DNA of 64,000 bases from Gemmatimonadota bacterium. GTDB lineage: Bacteria; Gemmatimonadota; Gemmatimonadetes; Palauibacterales; Palauibacteraceae. Shown here piece after piece: positions 18,625 to 28,885 of this stretch. How positions within the stretch are numbered: position 1 is the stretch's first letter; each line of letters begins with the position of its first letter. The notes beneath the pieces were generated by a model, which made no database searches, was not told where the DNA came from, and saw only the letters and a list, made by a program, of their open reading frames with translations. A program made the translations under genes and the position numbers. Where the stretch lies: assembly GCA_033720355.1 (NCBI GenBank), contig JAWWCR010000002.1, positions 4,267 through 68,266 on the forward strand, read 5' to 3'.

Positions 18625-20037
18625 CTACGGGAAGATCCCGCGCTCGGTGTAGACCACGGCCACCTTGTCGATCGCGGTCTTGAACGCCGCCGACCTGAGG
18701 TCGGTGCCCAGGCTCCGCGCCGTCTCCGAGATGGTGTGGTATGCACCGATCATGGTCTCCTCGAGTCCCGAGTTGACCAGGTCTTCCTCGTCGGCTCCCG
18801 CCGCGATCTCGGCGACGACCGCGTCGGGGAAGCGGTGCCCGGTGGCCTGCGTGACCGCGTCGAGCAGACGGCGGTGGCTCGATTCCTGGTACCTCTTCTC
18901 CATACGCCCGAACCGCACATGGGCGAGGTTCTTCAGCCACTCGAAGTAGGACGCGGTGACGCCGCCGGCATTCAGGAAGAGATCCGGCAGACAGAGCACA
19001 CCGCGCTCGTGGAGCGCGTCGCTGGCCTTCGCGGAGAGAGGGCCGTTCGCGGCCTCCGCGATGATCGGCGCCCTGATCCGCTCGACGTTGTCCGATGTGA
19101 TCACGCCTTCGAGCGCCGCGGGAACGAGGACGTCGCACTCCAGCTCCAGCGCCTCGGCGGACGTCTCGAGCGTGCCCGTCGCGCCCGGGAACCCCCGCAC
19201 GCCCCCCGTCTCGGTCAGGTGCTCGCGAACGCCCTCGATATCGAGACCGGCGTCGTTCGTGATCGCCCCGTCGCGCTCCGCTATCGCGATGATCCGCGCA
19301 CCGGCCTCGGCCAGGAACTTCGCCGTGAAGTAGCCGACGTTGCCGAGCCCCTGGATCACGACGCGTTTGCCATCGATGCCGGGCTCCAGTCCGAGCGCGG
19401 CCAGCGCGTCGGGGTCCCGGAGGGTCTCGCGGATCCCGAAGAAGACGCCACGCCCGGTCGCTTCGAGTCGCCCGCGCACACCGCCCTGGGCGAGAGGTTT
19501 CCCCGTCACGCAGCCGGCCCCGTGCAGCTCCTCGGGGACCATCGTCATGAACGTATCGACGATCCACGCCATCTCCTGCGGACCGGTGCCGTAGTCGGGG
19601 GCGGGCACGTCGACCCCGGGGCCGATGAAGTTCTTGTTGATGAGCTCGAAGGTGAACCGTCTCGTGATCCGCTCGATCTCCTCGAGCGAATACCCGGTCC
19701 GGTCGAACTGGACACCGCCCTTGGCGCCGCCGAAGGGTACGTCGACGATCGCGCACTTGTAGGTCATCAGGGCGGCGAGGGCCATCACCTCGTCCTCCGA
19801 GACCGTCGGCGCGAACCGGATGCCCCCTTTGGCCGGAAGCTTGTGGCTGCTGTGGAGCGCCCGCCACGCGTGAAGCACCTCTATCGTCCCGTCGTCCCGC
19901 TCGAGCGGGAAGGTGACGTGGTAGACGCTGTTGCACTGCTTTATCTGGTCGAGCAACCCGACGGGGTGCTCGGTGAGCACGGCGGCCTTGTCGAAGGAGC
20001 TGTTGACCTGATCGAAGAACCGCTCGGTAGGACGCAT
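18625..20037 (-). CDS. gdh: Glu/Leu/Phe/Val dehydrogenase family (glutamate dehydrogenase-like)
   Basis: Lys-containing catalytic motif PFGGAKGGVQFD; Rossmann motif GLGNVGYFTAKFL. Start ATG 20037 with GGGAG upstream. Confidence 0.9.
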   Translation of the reverse strand: MRPTERFFDQVNSSFDKAAVLTEHPVGLLDQIKQCNSVYHVTFPLERDDGTIEVLHAWRALHSSHKLPAKGGIRFAPTVSEDEVMALAALMTYKCAIVDVPFGGAKGGVQFDRTGYSLEEIERITRRFTFELINKNFIGPGVDVPAPDYGTGPQEMAWIVDTFMTMVPEELHGAGCVTGKPLAQGGVRGRLEATGRGVFFGIRETLRDPDALAALGLEPGIDGKRVVIQGLGNVGYFTAKFLAEAGARIIAIAERDGAITNDAGLDIEGVREHLTETGGVRGFPGATGTLETSAEALELECDVLVPAALEGVITSDNVERIRAPIIAEAANGPLSAKASDALHERGVLCLPDLFLNAGGVTASYFEWLKNLAHVRFGRMEKRYQESSHRRLLDAVTQATGHRFPDAVVAEIAAGADEEDLVNSGLEETMIGAYHTISETARSLGTDLRSAAFKTAIDKVAVVYTERGIFP

Positions 20038-20155
20038 CCGTCACTCCCGGGGCTGGAAGCCGTTTTGGGGGGCGACATCGTCGCCGCCGCCCCCAACGTG
20101 GACGCACGGAGACGCGGACGGCAAGCGGGGAACTGCCTTTCCGGACGTGGCCGGG

Positions 20156-20374
20156 TCAGGAGCCGTCCGCCCCCGTAGAGTACGGCTCGCCCGAAGCGCC
20201 GCGGAGAGCCTCATCGTAGCTCGCGAGGACGCCATGGACCTGTGCGCGGATCTCGGGGCTCAGCTCGCCCTCCGCGCCGTCCGCCACCCACCGCGCGGCG
20301 GCCACGAGGGCCGCCATCTCGTACGCATGGAGCGTCACGCTGAGCACGGTGGGGCGGAGACGCTCGATCTTCAT
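20156..20374 (-). CDS. hypothetical small protein (72 aa); may not be a real gene
   Basis: ATG-initiated ORF between the AhpD-like gene and gdh on the same strand. No convincing RBS and no recognisable domain. Confidence 0.25.
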   Translation of the reverse strand: MKIERLRPTVLSVTLHAYEMAALVAAARWVADGAEGELSPEIRAQVHGVLASYDEALRGASGEPYSTGADGS

Positions 20375-20414
20375 GGGAAGACCGATCGTGTCATGGTCTC
20401 GATGCCGACCGGCA

Positions 20415-20870
20415 TCAGACGCCGACCAGAACCTTCTCGGACGTCGTCTCGGACGGGCTCTCGTCCCGCTCCTCGACCCGGTCCTTCAGGTATTCGCCGA
20501 CCTGCTCGAGCTCGTCGGCGAACTCGTCGTAGTCCTGCTGCATGCCGTTGAGATAGGCGCTCCAGCCCACCGTGTACTTCGCGTAGTGGACGGCCTCCTG
20601 GATCTCGTCATCCGTGGCACCGAACAGCTTCGCCGCCTCGGTATGGAAGAGCGTGCAGTAGCGGCACTTCGTCTCCGAGTGGACGGCGATCCCGATCAGC
20701 TCCTTGTACTTGTTCGGGATGTTCGTCTCGCCGAGCTCGAGATCCCTGAACAGGGTCCACTCGGCGTCGAGGAACTCGTCCGGGATCCGGTCGAACATGC
20801 TGGGGACGATGCCCATCGTCTTCTCGATCTCGTTCTCGATCGTCTTTCGCGGGCGCGTCGTTGCTTTCAA
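20415..20870 (-). CDS. carboxymuconolactone decarboxylase / AhpD-like family protein
   Basis: AhpD-core CxxH motif: ...HSETKCRYCTLFHTEAAKLFGATDDEIQEAV... Confidence 0.8.
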   Translation of the reverse strand: MKATTRPRKTIENEIEKTMGIVPSMFDRIPDEFLDAEWTLFRDLELGETNIPNKYKELIGIAVHSETKCRYCTLFHTEAAKLFGATDDEIQEAVHYAKYTVGWSAYLNGMQQDYDEFADELEQVGEYLKDRVEERDESPSETTSEKVLVGV

Positions 20871-21119
20871 CGTGATTCCTTTCCGTCACGTGTTCGCGAT
20901 TGTCTCGAATTCCGAACGGGCCTGGCGGCCCGTCATGTGGGACGTATGCGTGCGTCGGGAGCGTGTTCCGACGGCACGCGACGTCGGCGGAGGCATTCGC
21001 CGCGGCGTGTCGAGCTACGGCGGGGCGCGCTGCCCCATCTTCGCCTCGAACGGCTCTTCGAAGACACCGGCGGGCTTCCCCATCGCCCTCGCCAGCGGGG
21101 GGCCGGGGCGGGTCGGCGG

Positions 21120-23363
21120 TCAGGCCTCGGGTACCCCGAGCAAGCTCTCGCCGTCCGCCTTACGGTAGGCTTCCCGCGCACGCTCGCGTGACGTCTCGGC
21201 GTTCGCGAGCAACTCGTCGAATCCCGCCTGGTCGCGCAGCGTCTCGAACCAGGGGTCGACTCTAAGGGGCAGGGGGCAGTAGAAGCCGCGTCCGACGACG
21301 ACATCGCGCATCACGTCGAGGGCCTCGCGCCCCGCCCCCGCACGCGACAGCACCCGGGCGAAGTAGAAATGGAACTCCGGGTCGGTCAAACCGTGTGGAA
21401 CGGACTGGCGGTACAGACCCACGCACTCGTCTCTTCGGCCCTCGATGGCCGCGATGATGGCCTGTACGTAGCGCTTGACGTTTCCCTCGGCCGTCCCCTT
21501 TGCGTCCACCCTTGCTACCCGCAGGGCGTGCTCGTCGTCTTCGCTCAACGCCTTCAGGAAGTCCCTGTCCTCCACCTCGTCCATCCGGCCGACCTGGAAG
21601 TACGTGTGGTGGACGCTGGTCACGAGCCCCGGATCGAGTCGGAGCCCGCGCTCGTGCGCCGCGATCGATGCTTCGTACAGTCCACAGAACCGACACGCCG
21701 CCACGAGACCGCCGAACAACTCGGCCTCGCTCACGCGGTCGCGAATCCTGGCGAGCAGTCGGGTCATCACCCCGATCGGATCGCTTCCGTGCTCAAGCTC
21801 GAAGAACGCGTAGTAGCGGTGTACCAGCGGCATGTCGGGGTGCAGCTCGATCGCCCGCCGGAACGCCTCCTCCGCGATCCGCAGGTGCTCGTCCGAGTCG
21901 GCCAGACCGAACTTCGCGATCTTCCGGCACACGCGTCCGTAGCGGGCCCAGGCGGGGGCGAACGTCGGATCCTCATCCAGGCAGGATCTCAGCAGGTCGC
22001 GCAGTGCCGTGTTGAGCGTGCGAGCGTACCCCGCACTCCCTTCCATGTGGATGGCGCGGAGGAACAGCTCGTAGGCGCGCGGGGTCGCGGGGACGTCCCT
22101 CTCCAGGCTTGCGCGCTCGCGGGGCGACAGGGGGATGCGGATTCCCTCGACCACGCGGCGGGTGAGCTCGTCCTGGAGCTCGAAGAGATCGCCCAGCGGT
22201 ACATCCTCCTTGATCGACCACACCACGGTGCCTTCGGGCACTTCGACGAGCTGGGCGCTCAGGCGCACCTTCGGCCCCGCGCTCAGCAGGCTGCCGCGGA
22301 GGGCGAAGTCCACCCTGACCTCCGACGCGAGCTCCTGCAGGTCGGGCTCCCCGTTCTCGACGCTCGCGACACCCGTGGACCTCACCACCAGGTGCTCCAG
22401 CCCCGCCAGCGAGGCGCCGATCGCCTCGGGGAGGCTGGCGGCGAGGAAATCGATCTCGGGATCGGGGCGCAGCAGCCTGAACGGGAGCGCGACGAAGCGG
22501 AAGATCTGACCCGCCGTGGCGGCGTCCGCGATGCGCTGCCTCCCGGACACGCCCGTCCGATAGCGTCCGTGCGCGCTCGCGAGCGCTTCCGCGGTGACCG
22601 CGGCGGACTCGTAGCGATCCCCGGGCTCCTTCGCGAGCGCTTTCCGAACGACGGCATCGAGCCACTCGATCCCGGGCGGGCCGGCAATAGGCGGAGGATC
22701 CTCGAACGCGCAGGCGTGGAACACGTCGAGCGGGTCATCGCCGGGAAAGGCGTATCCCCCCGCAAGCATCTCGTAGAGGATCGCCCCGAACGAGAAGATG
22801 TCGGTCCAGGGCCCCATCTCTCGAACCCGCCACTGCTCGGGGGCCATGTAGTGCGGTGTCCCGACGATCGCGTTCTCCTGCGTCAAACGCGTGCCGGGGC
22901 TCGCCTCTCGCGGCACCGTGAGGCTGAAGTCGAGCAGTTTCACGCCGTGAGGCGTCAGAAAGACGTTCCCGGGTTTCAGATCCCGGTGTATCAACCCGCG
23001 TCCGTGCAGGTATCCGAGGGGCGCGAGGATGCCGAGTCCCACCTCGATCGCCTCGCGCACCCGGAACCGGCTGCGGTCCAGCCTCTCGGCGAGGGTCTCG
23101 CCTTCGAGCAGCTCCATGGCCACCCAGAGCTCGCCCTCTTCTTCGCGTACGTCGAACACCTGGCAGATGCCGGGGTGACTCAGACCCGCGGCGGCCCGCG
23201 CTTCCCGAAGCAGCCGGGCCCGCGAGACCGCATCCGACTTCGCGCCGAGGGTCTTGATCGCCACCGTGCGATCGAGACGCTCATCGACGGCCGCGTAGAC
23301 GACGCCCATGCCGCCCTCTCCGACGATGTCGCGAATGCGATACGGGCCAACCTGTGTCCGCAA
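21120..23363 (-). CDS. Ser/Thr protein kinase with C-terminal TPR-like helical region (747 aa)
   Basis: GEGGMGVVYAA, AIK, HRDLKPGNVFL, DFSLTV, GTPHYMAPE. C-terminal half is helical repeats. Confidence 0.9.
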   Translation of the reverse strand: MRTQVGPYRIRDIVGEGGMGVVYAAVDERLDRTVAIKTLGAKSDAVSRARLLREARAAAGLSHPGICQVFDVREEEGELWVAMELLEGETLAERLDRSRFRVREAIEVGLGILAPLGYLHGRGLIHRDLKPGNVFLTPHGVKLLDFSLTVPREASPGTRLTQENAIVGTPHYMAPEQWRVREMGPWTDIFSFGAILYEMLAGGYAFPGDDPLDVFHACAFEDPPPIAGPPGIEWLDAVVRKALAKEPGDRYESAAVTAEALASAHGRYRTGVSGRQRIADAATAGQIFRFVALPFRLLRPDPEIDFLAASLPEAIGASLAGLEHLVVRSTGVASVENGEPDLQELASEVRVDFALRGSLLSAGPKVRLSAQLVEVPEGTVVWSIKEDVPLGDLFELQDELTRRVVEGIRIPLSPRERASLERDVPATPRAYELFLRAIHMEGSAGYARTLNTALRDLLRSCLDEDPTFAPAWARYGRVCRKIAKFGLADSDEHLRIAEEAFRRAIELHPDMPLVHRYYAFFELEHGSDPIGVMTRLLARIRDRVSEAELFGGLVAACRFCGLYEASIAAHERGLRLDPGLVTSVHHTYFQVGRMDEVEDRDFLKALSEDDEHALRVARVDAKGTAEGNVKRYVQAIIAAIEGRRDECVGLYRQSVPHGLTDPEFHFYFARVLSRAGAGREALDVMRDVVVGRGFYCPLPLRVDPWFETLRDQAGFDELLANAETSRERAREAYRKADGESLLGVPEA

Positions 23364-23542
23364 CGAGAAGACTCCCGGATCGGCGGTGAGTACCGGGCCG
23401 AGGGGACGGCCGGTCTCGGAGAATCACCCCTCGAGCTCGACCGCAGCAAGCCCCGAAGGGCCATTGTCCCCTACATTCTTCGTCAGCGCGCGTCCCGACG
23501 CCCGGTCGCGACCGCCCGGCTCATGCCCCAGGAGGCAGACCG

Positions 23543-25030
23543 ATGACCTTCCGTCCGGTGCTCGCGGCGATCCTCGTGTCGCTGACCCTCCCGGCCACGG
23601 CGGCCGGCCAGGACCGCACGGCCTCCGACTACATCTCCGCGATCGAAGGCGTTCAGGAGACGGATGGCCCGAACGACCTCGGCCGCCTGACCATCGACGG
23701 GCTGCTCGAGGAGTTCGGGGTTCCGGGCGTGAGCGTGGCGGTCATCCACGACTTCCAGGTCCACTGGGCGAAGGGATACGGCGTCAGAGACGTCGAGACG
23801 GGCGAGCCGGTCGACACCGAGACGATGTTCCAGGCCGCCTCGATCAGTAAGCCCGTGACGGCGATGGCCGTCCTCGAGGCGGTCGAGGACGGGCTCTTCA
23901 CGCTCGACACCGACATCAACGACATCCTGACCTCCTGGACGCTCGACGGCGGTGGGTTCACCGACGAGCGGCCCGTGACGCCGCGGACGCTCCACAGCCA
24001 CACGTCGGGGCTGGGCGATGGGTTCGGGTACCCGGGCTACGACCCCGGCGACCCGATCCCGACCGTCGTCCAGATGCTGAACGGCGAGGAGCCGTCGAAC
24101 ACCCGCGCCGTGTTCATGGAGCGCGAGCCGATGACGTTCGCCGAGTACTCGGGCGGAGGAGTCACCGTGATGCAGCTCGCCCTGGCCGACGCGCGCGGCC
24201 GCCCGTTCGAGGAGATCATGCGCGAGGATGTGCTCGAGCCGATCGGGATGACCCGCAGCTCGTTCAAGCAGCCGATCTCGCCGGAGAACGACCGCAATGC
24301 GGCCCGGGCGCACGACGGCCAGGGTCGGAGCCGCGGCGCGAAGTGGCACGTCTACCCCGAGATGGCGGCCGCCGGTCTGTGGACGACGGCGACGGATCTC
24401 GCGCGCTTCGCGATCGAGGTGCAGAAGTCGTCGGTCGGGGAGTCGAACCGGGTGCTCTCGCGGACGACCGTGCAGGAGATGCTGTCGCCGGTGGGTGTCG
24501 GCGACTTCGCCGTCGGGTTCGTCGTGGGGCACGAGGGCGAGGGGTGGTACTTCAGCCACGGCGGCGGCAACTGGGGCTTCCGGTGCACCCTGGTCGCGCA
24601 CAAGGTGAAGGGGTACGGACTCGCCATCATGACGAACGCGGACCGCGGCGGCGCCGTAATGGGCGAGATCGCCCGCCGGGTGCGGAACGCGTACGAGTGG
24701 GACTGGGATTCGGAGGGCGTGCCGCGCGGGTACGACCCGATCCCCGAGCGCGAGGAGATAGAGGTCTCCGAGGAGATCCTCGAGACGTACGTCGGAGTCT
24801 ACGAACTGGGCGACGACGGCTTGCAGCTCACGGTCTCCCTCGAAGACGGCCTGCTTCAGCTCCAGCCCGACGGCCAGCAGTCGCTCACGCTCCACGCCGA
24901 GACGGAGGAACGGTTCTTCATGCGCACGGCGTCGGCGCTCATCACCTTCACGAAGGACGACGCGGGCGAGGTCACCGGGATGATGATCGCCCAGGGAGGG
25001 GGCAACTCGGTCGCGCGGAAGGTGAGGTAG
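23543..25030 (+). CDS. secreted beta-lactamase-fold serine hydrolase (class C / penicillin-binding protein-like)
   Basis: Signal peptide MTFRPVLAAILVSLTLPATAAGQ. SxxK motif FQAASISKPVTAMAV. YxN-like and HxG (FSHGGG) elements. Confidence 0.85.
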   Translation: MTFRPVLAAILVSLTLPATAAGQDRTASDYISAIEGVQETDGPNDLGRLTIDGLLEEFGVPGVSVAVIHDFQVHWAKGYGVRDVETGEPVDTETMFQAASISKPVTAMAVLEAVEDGLFTLDTDINDILTSWTLDGGGFTDERPVTPRTLHSHTSGLGDGFGYPGYDPGDPIPTVVQMLNGEEPSNTRAVFMEREPMTFAEYSGGGVTVMQLALADARGRPFEEIMREDVLEPIGMTRSSFKQPISPENDRNAARAHDGQGRSRGAKWHVYPEMAAAGLWTTATDLARFAIEVQKSSVGESNRVLSRTTVQEMLSPVGVGDFAVGFVVGHEGEGWYFSHGGGNWGFRCTLVAHKVKGYGLAIMTNADRGGAVMGEIARRVRNAYEWDWDSEGVPRGYDPIPEREEIEVSEEILETYVGVYELGDDGLQLTVSLEDGLLQLQPDGQQSLTLHAETEERFFMRTASALITFTKDDAGEVTGMMIAQGGGNSVARKVR

Positions 25031-25140
25031 GCTGTCCGGGACGTACCTGGACGCATTCGCCGTCCCGCTGTACAACCCTGCACATACCCCTTAGCGTCTA
25101 AGGGAACGAGAACGGTTCCCTCACGACAGGTCGGGCTCGG

Positions 25141-27801
25141 ATGTCCAGGTACCCCGGGTGGAAGCGCGTCCTGCGCGTTCCACGCCCCGCGGGACGACAG
25201 GCACGCGAAGATGTCGAGGCGGAGATCGCTTTCCACCTCGAGACACGCACCGATGATCTCGTCGCGGCCGGCATGTCGCCGCGAGAGGCACGGCGTCGCG
25301 CGGAGCGGGAGTTCGGCGACGTCGCCGCTGCGCACGGCGGTCTCGAAGGTCCGGCGCGTCGTCGTGAGCGCCGGCGACGTCTCTCCGAGACCCTGCGTCA
25401 GACCGCCGGGGACGTTCGGTACGGCCTCAGGGGACTCCGTTCGCGACCCGGTTTCGCCGCCGTCGCCATACTCACGCTCGGGCTCGCGATCGCGGCGAAC
25501 GCATCGATCTTCTCGGTCGTGAACGCCGTCCTCCTGCGGCCCCTTCCCTTCGACGACCCGGACGCGCTCGCGCTGTTGTGGACGGGCAGCCCGGGCTCGG
25601 GCGAGAGAGGACGGGCGGACTACGTGACCGCGGACGCCTGGCGGCGCTCGAGCTCCGCGTTCGCCGACATGGCCTTCCTCGACCCCGTGGCGGTGACGCT
25701 GACTGGCGACGAAGCGGCCGAGCGCATCGGGGTCGCGCGGGTCACGCCGAACTTCTTCTCCCTTCTCGGTCTGCAACCGGTCAGGGGGCGGGTCTTCACC
25801 GAGACGGAGGCGCGAGAGCGAGCCCGCATCGTCGTCCTGAGCCACGGGTTCTGGCAGACGCGGTTCGGAGGCGCGGAGGACGCGATCGGAGCCACGATCC
25901 GGCTCGACGGCCTCCCGTCGAGAGTGATCGGCGTCCTTCCCGACGGGTTCCGCATCCCGGGTCTGAACGGGGACGTGTGGGAGCCGTACACGCTGTTCCC
26001 CGATTGGGAGGAGACGGAGAACGAGGGAAACTGGTACGTGATCGGCAGGCTCGCCCCGGAGGCGACGATCGAAGGCGCGCGCGTCGAGATGACGGCGATC
26101 GCGACAGGGCTCGATGCCGACCGGCCCGACGCCGAGCGGACGGGGGGCGTGACAGTCGTCCCGCTGGAACGCCACGTGGTGGGACCCACCCGTCGTGTCG
26201 CGCTGTGGGTGCTGATCGGGGCGGCCCTGTGCGTCCTCCTGATCGCCTCCGCCAACGTCACGAGTCTGTCGCTCGCGCGCGGAGTCGGCCGGGCCCGCGA
26301 GTTCGCCGTCCGCGCCTCGCTCGGCGCGAGCCCGGGCCGGCTGGTCAGACAGATCCTCGTCGAGAGCACGACGCTCGCCGTTGTGGCGGGGGCGATCGGC
26401 GCCGCGCTCGCGGTGGCCGGAGTCGGGCTGATCCGGTCGTTCGGTCCGGGGGATCTCGCCCGTCTCGACGAGGCCTCGCTCGACCCGGCGGTCCTGGCGT
26501 GGACGCTCGTCGTGTCCATCGGCGCGGGGATCCTCATAGGGCTGGCTCCGGCATGGACGGCGACCCGGCGTCGCGGCTGGCTGGCCGGCGGCGACGCGGG
26601 CAGGGGCGGATCGGCCGGACGCGCGACGCGCGGCATCCGGAGCGGTCTCGTCGTGGGCGAGTTCGCCCTCGCGATCGTCCTCCTCACCGGCGCCGGTCTG
26701 CTGGTCCGCAGCTGGATCGCCCTGTCGAGCGTCGATCCCGGCTTCACGGCGGAGGGGCTCGTCTCCATGAACCTCTCCACGACGGCGTACGGGTCGGACG
26801 CCCGGCGCGTCGACTTCTACCGGCAGGTTCTCGATCGCGTGGCGGCGCTGCCCGGGGTCGAGAGCGCGGGAACGATCGGCGACCTCTTCACGACCGGCGA
26901 CGTGGAGCGGGTGTTCACGACCGACGGGACGCCCGGACAGAACGGGCGGCGCGTCACGCTCAGGGTCGATGAGGTGAGCGAGGCGTTGTTCGCCACACTC
27001 GGGACGCCTCTCGTCGCGGGTCGCGTCTTCGATCGGTCCGATGGCCCCGATGCCCCGCCCGTCGCGGTCCTGAACGAGACGATGGCGGCGCGTCTGTTCA
27101 CCGGCGTCGACCCCGTGGGGCACCGTTTCAAGCCGGGAGGACCCGAGTCCGAGGCGCCGTGGATCGCGGTCGTCGGAGTCGTCGGCGACATGCGCCGCCA
27201 GGGAGTCGATGTCGAGCCCATCCCGCAGCTCTTCGTGCCGCTGGCGCAGGAGCCCTCGGGTCTCGAGACGCTGGTCGTCCGCACCGCCGCGGAGGAGCCG
27301 CTGGAGGCTGCCGCCGAGATCAGAGAGGCGGTCCGGGCCGTGGACCCGGGTGTTCCCGTCTACTTCGTGTCGACGGTGGAGGACAGGCTCTCCTCGGATC
27401 TCGTCGAGCGCCGGTTCCAGACGTCGCTGCTCATCGGCTTCTCGCTGATCGCGCTCGCGATGGCGGCCATCGGGATCTTCGGTCTCATCCACTATGCGGT
27501 CGCCGCGCGACGGCGCGAGTTCGCGATCCGGCTGGCGGTCGGGGCCGGAGCGTCCGACATCGTCGGGATCACGATGACGGAGGGCGCGCGCCTCGTGGGC
27601 GCCGGGCTGGCGATCGGACTCGGCGTGGCGCTCGTCGCGGGCCGTGCGAGCGCGAGCCTCCTCTTCGGCGTGCGACCGTTCGACCCGGTCACGTTCGTCG
27701 CCGTCACCGGGCTGCTGGTGGTCGTGGCAGGCGCGGCCTGCTGGATCCCGGCGCGGCGGTCGCTCGCGACGGATCCCGTGGAGGCGCTAAGACCCGATTA
27801 G
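25141..27801 (+). CDS. MacB-like ABC transporter permease with duplicated FtsX domains (ADOP family)
   Basis: Characteristic N-terminus MSRYPGWKRVLRVPRPAGRQAREDVEAEIAFHLETRTDDLVAAGMSPREARRRAEREFGD. Two FtsX 4-TM modules. Confidence 0.85.
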   Translation: MSRYPGWKRVLRVPRPAGRQAREDVEAEIAFHLETRTDDLVAAGMSPREARRRAEREFGDVAAAHGGLEGPARRRERRRRLSETLRQTAGDVRYGLRGLRSRPGFAAVAILTLGLAIAANASIFSVVNAVLLRPLPFDDPDALALLWTGSPGSGERGRADYVTADAWRRSSSAFADMAFLDPVAVTLTGDEAAERIGVARVTPNFFSLLGLQPVRGRVFTETEARERARIVVLSHGFWQTRFGGAEDAIGATIRLDGLPSRVIGVLPDGFRIPGLNGDVWEPYTLFPDWEETENEGNWYVIGRLAPEATIEGARVEMTAIATGLDADRPDAERTGGVTVVPLERHVVGPTRRVALWVLIGAALCVLLIASANVTSLSLARGVGRAREFAVRASLGASPGRLVRQILVESTTLAVVAGAIGAALAVAGVGLIRSFGPGDLARLDEASLDPAVLAWTLVVSIGAGILIGLAPAWTATRRRGWLAGGDAGRGGSAGRATRGIRSGLVVGEFALAIVLLTGAGLLVRSWIALSSVDPGFTAEGLVSMNLSTTAYGSDARRVDFYRQVLDRVAALPGVESAGTIGDLFTTGDVERVFTTDGTPGQNGRRVTLRVDEVSEALFATLGTPLVAGRVFDRSDGPDAPPVAVLNETMAARLFTGVDPVGHRFKPGGPESEAPWIAVVGVVGDMRRQGVDVEPIPQLFVPLAQEPSGLETLVVRTAAEEPLEAAAEIREAVRAVDPGVPVYFVSTVEDRLSSDLVERRFQTSLLIGFSLIALAMAAIGIFGLIHYAVAARRREFAIRLAVGAGASDIVGITMTEGARLVGAGLAIGLGVALVAGRASASLLFGVRPFDPVTFVAVTGLLVVVAGAACWIPARRSLATDPVEALRPD

Positions 27802-27922
27802 CCGCCTCGTCGGGTCCGCTCGAACGTTCGCCCGGAGCCGCGTTCCGAGCGGACGCCGGGTCATTGGGCTAGCATGACCTCGACTCGCGTCCGTTCACAC
27901 CAGCCCTACCGGCACGGCCCGC

Positions 27923-28834
27923 ATGACATCGGTCGACTCCCTCAGCGTCCGTCAGCTGCGTGCGCTCATCACCGTCGATGACGAGCGCCACTTCGGCCGC
28001 GCGGCAGCCCGGCTGGGCACGAGCCAGCCATCGTTGAGCCAGATGATCCGCCGGATCGAGGACGTGGTCGGGTCGCCGCTGTTCACGAGGCGTCCCGACG
28101 TCCGTCCGACGGCCGCGGGGGATGTCTTCCTTCCGACCGCGCGTCTGGCGCTCGATCGCCTCGAGTCGGGGATGGCCGACGTACGGAGGGTCCGCCGCGG
28201 CGACACCGGACGGCTCACGATCTCGTTCGCCTCGTCCGCGATGGCCTCGCCCTTCCCACTCATCCTCCAGCGCTTCCGCGCGCGCTGGCCCGACGTGGAG
28301 GTTCGTCTCCGGCAGCAATCGACATCCCTCATCCCGGAGAGTCTGAGTGCCGACCACCATGTGGGCGTCGGCAGGTTCGGAGCGACCCTGCCGGACGGTC
28401 GCTGCGAGGTGATCGTCGACGAGCCCTTCGTGGTCGTCGTGCCCGAGACCCACGCCCTGGCGAGTCGGGCCACGGTGCCGCTGTCGGCGCTGTCCGGAGC
28501 GCGGCTCGTCCACTTTCCCCGTGACGAGTCACCCGGCGTCCACGACGAGCTGCTGGCGGCGTTCCGGGCCGCCGAGCTCGAACCGGAGATCGCCGTGGAG
28601 GCACCGGACTGGCTCACGATCGTCGGTTTCGTGGCCGCCGGTTCCGGGGTCGCCGTCGTACCCGGAGGATTCGAGTCGGTGCGGTGGGGCAGCCTGGCCT
28701 ATCCGTCGATCGAGCCCCCGGCTCCGCGCTCACGGGTGGTCGCGGTCCACCCGCGGACGGCCGGGTCGCCGGTGGTGCGAGCGTTCATGGATGCGGTGCG
28801 GGCCGCCCGGCCCGCGGGGACCGGGGCGGTCTAG
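27923..28834 (+). CDS. LysR-family transcriptional regulator
   Basis: N-terminal HTH LRALITVDDERHFGRAAARLGTSQPSLSQMIRRIEDVVGSPLFTRR, plus LysR substrate-binding domain. Confidence 0.85.
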   Translation: MTSVDSLSVRQLRALITVDDERHFGRAAARLGTSQPSLSQMIRRIEDVVGSPLFTRRPDVRPTAAGDVFLPTARLALDRLESGMADVRRVRRGDTGRLTISFASSAMASPFPLILQRFRARWPDVEVRLRQQSTSLIPESLSADHHVGVGRFGATLPDGRCEVIVDEPFVVVVPETHALASRATVPLSALSGARLVHFPRDESPGVHDELLAAFRAAELEPEIAVEAPDWLTIVGFVAAGSGVAVVPGGFESVRWGSLAYPSIEPPAPRSRVVAVHPRTAGSPVVRAFMDAVRAARPAGTGAV

Positions 28835-28885
28835 CCCGAAGCGTCCCGAAAAGCCCCGCCGAACCGGGCGTCCAACCCGAACCGG

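Noticed and set aside
24856-27492. 878-aa minus-strand ORF antisense to the FtsX/ADOP permease gene. Similar long stop-free antisense or extended ORFs occur at 1817-3040 (-), 2948-4777 (+), 10781-13516 (-), 50524-53019 (-), 54875-58159 (-) and 18736-20178 (+).
   Set aside because: At 70% GC stop codons are rare in all frames. These ORFs have Arg/Pro/Gly-rich low-complexity translations, no RBS and no domain signatures, and they overlap well-supported genes on the other strand or frame.
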